A DNA stretch of 32,000 bases from Geobacter metallireducens GS-15 (GTDB lineage Bacteria; Desulfobacterota; Desulfuromonadia; Geobacterales; Geobacteraceae): NCBI RefSeq assembly GCF_000012925.1, contig NC_007517.1:840001-872000 (forward strand), read 5' to 3'. Position numbers and translations under genes: made by a program. Position 1 is the stretch's first letter. Every line of letters begins with the position of its first letter. The notes below the pieces were generated by a model. It saw only the letters and a program-made list of their open reading frames with translations, was not told the origin of the DNA and ran no database searches. This document shows, in pieces, positions 25,728 through 32,000 of this stretch.

Positions 25728-25750
25728 TGTGATCGATCGATGGCGGTCGG

Positions 25751-26353
25751 CTACGGCGCCTTGATCTCCGCACGCTTGGACCTGAGCTTTTTCAGGAGGG
25801 CGGGGTACCCCTCGTTGGTGATGATCTTGTTGAACTGGCCCCGGTAGTTGGATACGAGGCTCACTCCCTCGATGACCACGTCGTAAGCCATCCACCGTCC
25901 ACCCTTGTTCATGAGGCGGTAGTCGAGGGAGTATTCGTCGCGCTTGGCGGTGACCACCTTGGACCTCACCTCGGCGTACTCCCCCTCGATCCTTTCGTTG
26001 AGGTAGACGATCTTCTCCTGGTTGTAGGATTCGATCTTGTCAGCGTAGGAGTTTTCCAGGAGCGTCTCGAAGAGGGAGACGAATTCCTTCTTCTCGGCGG
26101 CGCTTCGGTCCCGCCAGTTGCGCGCCATGGCACGCTGGGCCATCTCGCCGTAGTCAAAGACGGCACCGATGGCCTTTTTCAGCTCCTGGCGGCGCTTCTT
26201 CTCGTTCTGGGGTTTCTTCATCTCCTTGTCGGAGACGATCCGAACCACCTCATCCACGGTCTTCTTGACGGTCTGGGTGGGGCTTCCTTGGGCGAAGACC
26301 GGCCCGCCAAGGGCGAGGGTGATGAAGAGAATCGGCAGGGCAAACCATTTCAT
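25751..26353 (-). CDS. mlaC: MlaC/Ttg2D-family periplasmic phospholipid-binding protein
   Basis: ORF 25751..26353. It has a signal peptide MKWFALPILFITLALGGPVFA. Family-typical segments are FDYGEMAQRAMARNW, EFVSLFETLLENSYA and YDVVIEGVSLVSNYRGQF. Confidence 0.88.
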   Translation of the reverse strand: MKWFALPILFITLALGGPVFAQGSPTQTVKKTVDEVVRIVSDKEMKKPQNEKKRRQELKKAIGAVFDYGEMAQRAMARNWRDRSAAEKKEFVSLFETLLENSYADKIESYNQEKIVYLNERIEGEYAEVRSKVVTAKRDEYSLDYRLMNKGGRWMAYDVVIEGVSLVSNYRGQFNKIITNEGYPALLKKLRSKRAEIKAP

Positions 26354-26371
26354 GACAATGTTCCTCCGGGG

Positions 26372-27733
26372 TTATTTCTCCAGCGGCATGGCGCCGACGG
26401 CGTAGTCCAGGTTGGCCCGGGACATCTTCTGGTTGTAAATGGACTGGAAGTAGCCGGCCCGCATCCGGGCGTAGTTCTGGAGCCCGTCGAAGAGTTCCTT
26501 GGCCGGGCCGACGCCGAAGTCGAAGTTGGCCATGGCGGAGACGATCCACTTCTTGGCATTGCTGTATGCGTCCCGGGTGGCGTCGATGCTCTTCTCCGCC
26601 TCCTTCAGCTCCAGCCACGCCTTTTTCACCTGGAGGGGGATGTTGGTGTCGGCGTAAACCTTAGTGGAGAGGAGCCGGTTGTACTGGGCCCGCTCGCCGG
26701 CCACCTTGGAGCCGGTGATGCCGAAATCGAGCTTCCACCTGGCCCCGAGGGCGATTCCCGTCCAGAAGTGGTTGAACTCGTCGGTAATGAAGGGGTTGTC
26801 GATGCGGCTCCGCTCGGGGGAATAGGCGCCGGACAGGAGCCCCGCCAGGAAGATGTCGGGGTAGTAGGCCGCCTTGGCCGCCTCCACGAGTGCTTCCCGG
26901 GCCTGGAGCCCTTCCTTGAGCTGCTTGAACTCGGGGCGCTTTGCCCGGGCCTCGTCGATGTAAGCCGGAAGATCGCCGGCGGTTCCCTCGTCGGGCACGA
27001 GTCGCTCGGTGGCAATGTCGATCCGGGCCTCCGGGGGGAGGCCGACGCGGCTCCGGAGCGCCGAGAGGGCCAGGGTTTCCCCCTTGTCGGCCTCGGCCAG
27101 GTATTTCCCCACCTCGCCGTTAAAGGCGTCGAGCTTGTAGATGTCCAGCTCCTCCACGTTGGGGGAAGACTTTTCCAGAAGCTCCTGGGCCTTCTTGCGG
27201 GCCTTGTCCAGGTTCTCCCGCACCTCCAGGACCACTTCCCTCATTTCCCGGGCCAGGAGAACGCCGTAGTAGTACTCCTTGGTCTGGAGCGCCACCTCGT
27301 TGCGTCGCTGGTCCTTCTTGGCCCGGTCCACCTCGATGCCGTGGGTGGCCGCCTTCATGTTTTCGCTGATCTTGCCGAAGGTGTAGAGGGGCTGGACCAG
27401 GGTGGCGTCGGCCCGGGCGAACCAGGTGATGGAATCGGTGTCGTTGGACCCGTCCGGCGACCAGACCTGGTTACCCCGGGCTTCGGGGACCGGCCCGAAG
27501 AGGGCCTTCATTTCGATCTGCGGGAATCGGTACCCCTTGGCCTCCTCAAGCCTGGACTGGGCCAGCTCGATGTCTGCCTGGGATTCGCCCAGCTCCGGCG
27601 CCGTGGCTATGGCGCCCCGGATGCATTCGTCAAGGCTGAGGGTTTTCGGTGCCGTTGCCGGTTCGGCGGCCAGCGCCCCGGATAGCGGGAGTGCCGTCAG
27701 ACATGCCAGTGCCACTGCGCGAAGTGTTCTCAT
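26372..27733 (-). CDS. TolC-family (OEP) outer-membrane protein embedded in the mla operon
   Basis: ORF 26372..27733. It has a signal peptide MRTLRAVALACLTALPLSGALA. The start LSLDECIRGAIATAPELGESQADIELAQSRLEEAKG is typical of outer-membrane efflux proteins, and the protein has a two-repeat helical/beta organisation. The + ORF 26288..27685 is an antisense shadow. Confidence 0.85.
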   Translation of the reverse strand: MRTLRAVALACLTALPLSGALAAEPATAPKTLSLDECIRGAIATAPELGESQADIELAQSRLEEAKGYRFPQIEMKALFGPVPEARGNQVWSPDGSNDTDSITWFARADATLVQPLYTFGKISENMKAATHGIEVDRAKKDQRRNEVALQTKEYYYGVLLAREMREVVLEVRENLDKARKKAQELLEKSSPNVEELDIYKLDAFNGEVGKYLAEADKGETLALSALRSRVGLPPEARIDIATERLVPDEGTAGDLPAYIDEARAKRPEFKQLKEGLQAREALVEAAKAAYYPDIFLAGLLSGAYSPERSRIDNPFITDEFNHFWTGIALGARWKLDFGITGSKVAGERAQYNRLLSTKVYADTNIPLQVKKAWLELKEAEKSIDATRDAYSNAKKWIVSAMANFDFGVGPAKELFDGLQNYARMRAGYFQSIYNQKMSRANLDYAVGAMPLEK

Positions 27734-27760
27734 TTCCTTCCCTCCTGGAATGCGGCTCAG

Positions 27761-28213
27761 TCACTCCACCTTGCCGTGGATGTACTTGCTCAGCAGTTCC
27801 TCCAGATCAACTGCCGATTCGGTCTCCCTGATCCTGCCGTTGTCGGCCAGAAAGTTATCGGAGCCGCCGGGCTTCAGCAGGATGAATTTGTCGCCGATGA
27901 TGCCGCTGGTGCGTACCGAGGCGATGACATCGTCCTGGAGCTTTACCCCGTTGGCGATCCGCATGGAGACCCGTGCCCGGTCATTGAACTTCGGATCGAG
28001 AGCGATCCTGTCGACCCGGCCGACCTCCACCCCGGCAATCTCCACCGCTGCCCCCTCCTTGAGTCCCGACACGGAGTCGAATTCGGCGTAGACCTCGTAG
28101 TGGTCCCCGCCGACCAGCTCCATCTTGCCCAGCTTCACCGAGAGCCACCCGAGGCAGAGGATGCCGATGGCCACGAAAATGCCGACAATGAGTTCGAGAG
28201 TGACTTTCTTCAT
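27761..28213 (-). CDS. mlaD: MlaD (MCE domain) inner-membrane-anchored protein
   Basis: ORF 27761..28213. It has an N-terminal TM segment LELIVGIFVAIGILCLGWL, followed by the MCE core GLKEGAAVEIAGVEVGRV. Confidence 0.88.
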   Translation of the reverse strand: MKKVTLELIVGIFVAIGILCLGWLSVKLGKMELVGGDHYEVYAEFDSVSGLKEGAAVEIAGVEVGRVDRIALDPKFNDRARVSMRIANGVKLQDDVIASVRTSGIIGDKFILLKPGGSDNFLADNGRIRETESAVDLEELLSKYIHGKVE

Positions 28214-28231
28214 AACAATCCCCTGCCTGTG

Positions 28232-28978
28232 TCAGATGAACTTGATGGGTCCTTCGAGACTGCCGCTGATGAACTGCCGCACCACCGGGTGCTCCGAGCG
28301 CCGGATCTCCTCCGGCGTCCCCATCTCGGTGATCCGTCCCCGGTAGAGCATGGCCACCTGGTCCGAGATGTCGAAGATCTCGGGAATCTCGTGGGAGACG
28401 ATCACCGCCGTGTAGCCGTACCGTTCGTGGGTATCCCTGATGAGCTGGTGGATGGCCCGGCAGATGATCGGGTCAAGCCCCGTGGTCGGCTCGTCGAAGA
28501 GGATGATCCGCGGGTTCAGCAACAGCGCCCGGGCAAGCCCCACCCGTTTCTTCATCCCCCCTGACAGCTCGTCGGGGTACTTTTTGTCGATCCCCCTGAG
28601 CCCCACGTTCTCCAAGGCGTTGTGGACCCGGTCGCGAATCTCGGCCCGGGAGAACCGGGTCTTCTCCTCCAGGGGGAACGCCACGTTCTCGAAGACTGTC
28701 ATGGAGTCGAAGAGGGCCGCGTTCTGGAAGAGCATCCCGAACTTCTCCCAGACCCGGTTCATCTCGAACCGGCGCATGGCGGTGATGTTTTCCCCGTCCA
28801 CGTGGACTTGGCCCCGGTCGGGCTTCATGAGGCCAATCATGTGCTTCAGGAGCACGCTCTTCCCTTCGCCGCTGGGGCCGATCACCGCCGTGATCTTCCC
28901 CTCGGGTATTTCCAGGGAAAGGCCGTCCAGCACTGTCTGGGAGTCGAATGACTTGTGGATGTCAACGAGTTTGATCAT
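28232..28978 (-). CDS. mlaF: MlaF ABC transporter ATP-binding protein
   Basis: ORF 28232..28978. Walker A is GPSGEGKS, the signature is LSGGMKKRVGLARAL, and Walker B is ILFDEPTTGLDP. Confidence 0.92.
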   Translation of the reverse strand: MIKLVDIHKSFDSQTVLDGLSLEIPEGKITAVIGPSGEGKSVLLKHMIGLMKPDRGQVHVDGENITAMRRFEMNRVWEKFGMLFQNAALFDSMTVFENVAFPLEEKTRFSRAEIRDRVHNALENVGLRGIDKKYPDELSGGMKKRVGLARALLLNPRIILFDEPTTGLDPIICRAIHQLIRDTHERYGYTAVIVSHEIPEIFDISDQVAMLYRGRITEMGTPEEIRRSEHPVVRQFISGSLEGPIKFI

Positions 28979-28981
28979 AAA

Positions 28982-29755
28982 TTACAGCATCACCGACGTG
29001 AGGAAGTAGTCCCACACCAGCACCAAGACCGACGACATGACCACCGCCTCGGTGGTGGCCCGCGACACCCCCTCGGCGCCGTGGCTGGCGTGGTATCCCT
29101 TGTAGCAGCAGACCCAGGCGAGGATGCCGCCGAAGGAGATGGATTTGACGAACCCGGACCAGACGTCCTTCCACTCCACGCTCCGCTCCATCTCGTGGAA
29201 ATAGGCGCCGGGGTTAACCCCCAGGAGTTTGACCCCCACCAGGTACCCGCCGTAGATGCCGACCACGTCGAAGATGGCGCACAGAAGCGGCACGGCCACC
29301 AGCGCCCCGACGATCTTCGGCGAGATCAGGTACTTGAACGGTTCCAGCGCCATGGTCTTCATCGCGTCGATCTGTTCGGTTATCTTCATGATCCCGATTT
29401 CGGCGGTTATGGCGCTGCCGGCACGCCCCACCACCATGAGGGCCGTGAGGACCGGCCCCAACTCGCGGATGAGGGAGAGGGCCACCGCCGAGCCGAGCAT
29501 CCCCTCGGAGCCGAACTTGGCCAGGGTGTAGTACCCCTGGAGCCCCAGGACCATACCGGTGAACGAGGCGGTGAGGGTTATGACGAAGAGGGATTTGGTG
29601 CCGATGAAGTGGATCTGTTTGAAAATATGGAAGGGCCTGCCGGGCCGGATGATGATGTTCACGAGGGCCATGACGAGAAAGATCAGCATCCGGCCCATTT
29701 CCCGGAAGATGAAGATGGTGACGGCGCCCAGTTTTTCGAGGAAGGTGCGGAGCAC
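28982..29755 (-). CDS. mlaE: MlaE ABC transporter permease
   Basis: ORF 28982..29884. I place the start at GTG 29755 (VLRTFLEKLG), after GGGAGAG. That gives 257 aa and aligns end to end, from memory, with E. coli MlaE (GMVLGLQGY, LSLIRELGPV, GRAGSAITAEIG). The longer N-terminus would overlap the aldehyde dehydrogenase gene. Confidence 0.85.
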   Translation of the reverse strand: MLRTFLEKLGAVTIFIFREMGRMLIFLVMALVNIIIRPGRPFHIFKQIHFIGTKSLFVITLTASFTGMVLGLQGYYTLAKFGSEGMLGSAVALSLIRELGPVLTALMVVGRAGSAITAEIGIMKITEQIDAMKTMALEPFKYLISPKIVGALVAVPLLCAIFDVVGIYGGYLVGVKLLGVNPGAYFHEMERSVEWKDVWSGFVKSISFGGILAWVCCYKGYHASHGAEGVSRATTEAVVMSSVLVLVWDYFLTSVML

Positions 29756-29789
29756 GGTTCTCTCCCGATAAAATTGATAGGTGCGACAG

Positions 29790-29818
29790 AGTATATGACG
29801 AAGAGTCGCCGAAGTAAA
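29790..29818 (-). promoter_or_regulatory. Candidate sigma70 promoter in front of mlaE
   Basis: The minus strand reads TTTACT (29818-29813), a 17-nt spacer, then TATACT (29795-29790). It sits 35 nt upstream of the GTG at 29755. Confidence 0.3.
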
Positions 29819-29825
29819 GCCACAC

Positions 29826-31451
29826 TCAGAGGATGAAGTCCGTGGAGAGGAAGTTGGAGCGGTGCTCCCGGACGATATCGGCAATGATCTCCTTGTTCAG
29901 ATCTATTTCCTTGGCCGCCACCAGGGTCCGGATGGAGAAGGAGCGCAGAGCGTCCGAGACCGACAGGGTCCCCACAGCCGAGTCCTTCCGCCCGGTGAAG
30001 GGGAAGATGTCGGGGCCCCGCTGGCATTGGCTGTTGATGTTCACGCGGGAGACCTGGTTCACCAGGTGGTCCACGAGGTTCGCCAGGGTCTGGGGATCGC
30101 GGCCGAAGATGCTCACCTGCTGGCCGTAGTCCGACTCCTCGATGGCGCGGATGGGGGTGCTGACGTCGGTGAAGGGAACCACCGGCACGATGGGGCCGAA
30201 CTGCTCCTCGGCGTAGAGGCGCATGGCCGGGGTCACCGGATAGACCACGGCCGGGGAGAAGAAGGAGCAGTTCACGGAGCCTCCCCCGTCATTGACGATC
30301 CGGGCGCCGTGGCTCCGGGCGTCTTCCAGCAGCTCTGAGAGATAGACCGCCTTTCCCGGTTCGGGAAGGGGGGTGATCATCACGCCCGGCTCCCACGGCA
30401 TCCCGCAGCCGAGGGCGGCGAGGGCTCGGGAGAAGAGATTCAGGAAGTGGTCGGCCACCGATTCGTGGACGAAGATGATCTTGAGGGCGGTGCAGCGCTG
30501 GCCGTTGAAGGAGAGGCTTCCGGCGATGCACTCCTCCACCGCCAGGTTCAGGTCGGCGTCGGGGAGGACGATGGCCGGGTTCTTGGCCTCGAGCCCCAGG
30601 ACCGTCCGGAGCCGGTGGGGCTTGGGGTGCTCCTTGTGGAGCGCGTTGGCCGCGGGGCTCGTGCCGATGAAGGCGAGGACGTCCACCTTTCCCGACGCCA
30701 TGAGCGGCGGGGTGACGGTGCGGCCGGCCCCGAAGAGGGTATTCACCACGCCGGGGGGGAAGGAGTCCCGGAAGGCTTCGAGCAGCGGTGCGAAGAGGAG
30801 GACCCCGTGGCGCGGTGGCTTCAGGAGCACCGTATTCCCCATGATGAGGGCCGGAATGAGGGTGGTGAAGGTTTCGTTGAGGGGGTAGTTGTAGGGCCCC
30901 ATGCAGAGGGCCACGCCGAGGGGTGCCCGGCGGATCTGCCCGATGATCCCCTCGTGGATCACGAAGCGGGAGGAGACCCGGTCCAAGTCCTTGAGGGCAT
31001 CGATGGTGTCGTCGATGTAGGTGATGGTCCGGTCGAACTCCTTGGCGGCGTCCTTTTCGGTCTTGCCGATCTCCCACATGAGGAGCCGGACCACCTCGCT
31101 CCGCCGTTCCTTCATCCTGGCCGCGAACCGTTGCACGTGGCCGATGCGGTCGGCAACGGTCATGGTGGGCCATTCACCCCTGCCGTTGTCATAGGTGGCC
31201 ACTGCCGTGTCCAGGGCCGCCATGGCGTCGTCCCCCCCCATGAGGGGAAAGCTCCCGATCCTGACCCGCTCGGGTCCGTCCGGGGTCCTGACGCAGACCG
31301 GGGAGAAGACTTCCTGGGATGCACCCTCCCAGTGGCGAAGTTCCCCTGCCACGAGGTAGGTCCGCAGTTCCACCGGGGCCGGGAGCCGGTGTTGGGGCGG
31401 GATATCCTCCGATGCGGGAAAGAGGGTTGCGATTTTTTCACTGATGGTCAT
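29826..31451 (-). CDS. Aldehyde dehydrogenase family protein (non-phosphorylating GapN-like)
   Basis: ORF 29826..31451, with AGGAGGAGG upstream. The catalytic Glu context is LGLEAKNP and the catalytic Cys context is FNGQRCTALK. GPYNYPL is also present. Confidence 0.9.
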   Translation of the reverse strand: MTISEKIATLFPASEDIPPQHRLPAPVELRTYLVAGELRHWEGASQEVFSPVCVRTPDGPERVRIGSFPLMGGDDAMAALDTAVATYDNGRGEWPTMTVADRIGHVQRFAARMKERRSEVVRLLMWEIGKTEKDAAKEFDRTITYIDDTIDALKDLDRVSSRFVIHEGIIGQIRRAPLGVALCMGPYNYPLNETFTTLIPALIMGNTVLLKPPRHGVLLFAPLLEAFRDSFPPGVVNTLFGAGRTVTPPLMASGKVDVLAFIGTSPAANALHKEHPKPHRLRTVLGLEAKNPAIVLPDADLNLAVEECIAGSLSFNGQRCTALKIIFVHESVADHFLNLFSRALAALGCGMPWEPGVMITPLPEPGKAVYLSELLEDARSHGARIVNDGGGSVNCSFFSPAVVYPVTPAMRLYAEEQFGPIVPVVPFTDVSTPIRAIEESDYGQQVSIFGRDPQTLANLVDHLVNQVSRVNINSQCQRGPDIFPFTGRKDSAVGTLSVSDALRSFSIRTLVAAKEIDLNKEIIADIVREHRSNFLSTDFIL

Positions 31452-31619
31452 GGGAACCTCCTCCTGGACTCAAGGCAACAAGGAAAAGGGTAATGCAGAC
31501 TCCCCGATAATCAAGGAGCCGGAGGCGCATACGACGCCATGCGGGAAATTTCTCCGTAATCTGGTAAAGTTACCGCAGACGTTGGAACCGCCTTCGGGCG
31601 GCGGGAGAGGAGGTGCGGC

Positions 31620-32000
31620 ATGGGCGGAATCAGAAAATTTGTCTGGGTGGCGGTCGCACTGGCCGGCGGCTTCCTGGGCGTGTCGACGGCGGATGCCGCG
31701 GTGCAGGGGAAGGTGGTCGAGTACCGCGACGGCGAGGTGACCATGAAGGGGTATCTCGCCTGGAACGATACGGTGAAGGGAAAACGTCCGGGTGTCCTTG
31801 TGGTGCACGAGTGGTGGGGGCTCAACGACTACGCCCGCAAGCGGGCGCGGATGCTGGCGGAGCTGGGGTATACGGCCCTGGCGGTCGATATGTACGGCGG
31901 GGGGAAAGAAGCCACCCATCCCGACGATGCCGGCGCGTTTTCCTCTGCGGTAATGAAGAACATGGACCTCATGGCTGCCCGCTTCCGGGCGGCGATGGAG
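31620..32000 (+). CDS. Dienelactone hydrolase family protein; 3' end cut by the window edge
   Basis: Not in the ORF track because there is no stop inside the window. Manual translation starts at ATG 31620, after GGAGAGGAGG. It gives MGGIRKFVWVAVALAGGFLGVSTADAAVQGKVVEYRDGEVTMKGYLAWNDTVKGKRPGVLVVHEWWGLNDYARKRARMLAELGYTALAVDMYGGG..., in frame to base 32000. Confidence 0.8.
   Translation, partial: MGGIRKFVWVAVALAGGFLGVSTADAAVQGKVVEYRDGEVTMKGYLAWNDTVKGKRPGVLVVHEWWGLNDYARKRARMLAELGYTALAVDMYGGGKEATHPDDAGAFSSAVMKNMDLMAARFRAAME

Noticed and set aside
25569-25895. A 108-aa minus ORF spanning the mla terminator
   Set aside because: It overlaps mlaC out of frame, runs through the terminator hairpin, and has no SD and no recognisable features.

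Overview
This is a high-GC bacterial chromosomal window. Hand counts of 60-100 nt samples give about 65% GC in ppsA and about 50-55% in parts of the 16.2-25.7 kb stretch. The gene set and style look like a Geobacter-type deltaproteobacterium; that is an inference from gene content, not from a search. I support 26 protein-coding genes plus one frame-disrupted locus. Two of the genes are cut by the window edges, are missing from the ORF track, and were found by manual translation. From left to right: an unknown conserved protein and an MBL-fold hydrolase (-); a GT4 glycosyltransferase and a DUF853/YjgR-type P-loop NTPase (+); a Met/Gly-rich locus with a frame break; a long minus-strand run of beta-carbonic anhydrase, cNMP-like/GGDEF protein, fxsA, wrbA, ppsA and an acyl-CoA thioesterase; an OmpA-type porin with two tandem OmpA_C domains (+); and an NtrY-like kinase with a sigma54-dependent response regulator (-). 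Next comes a lower-GC sensory block: a CheB-CheR-PAS fusion, a PAS kinase and a REC-only protein in one operon (-); a divergent PstS-like binding protein with a TM-PAS-GGDEF-EAL protein (+); and a convergent lone PEP-CTERM protein (-). The window ends with an aldehyde dehydrogenase followed by mlaE-mlaF-mlaD, a TolC-like OMP and mlaC (-), and the start of a dienelactone hydrolase (+). I saw no rRNA, tRNA, CRISPR array, transposase or integrase. The most interesting candidates are the orphan CheB/CheR methylation module wired to a two-component pair, the binding-protein/GGDEF-EAL pair (NspS-MbaA-like logic), the Mla cluster with an embedded TolC-family protein, a 120-bp inverted-repeat element between the kinase and regulator cistrons, and the frame-broken Met/Gly-rich locus. 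Many long ORFs in the track are antisense shadows of real genes, which is typical of high GC3, and I rejected them.
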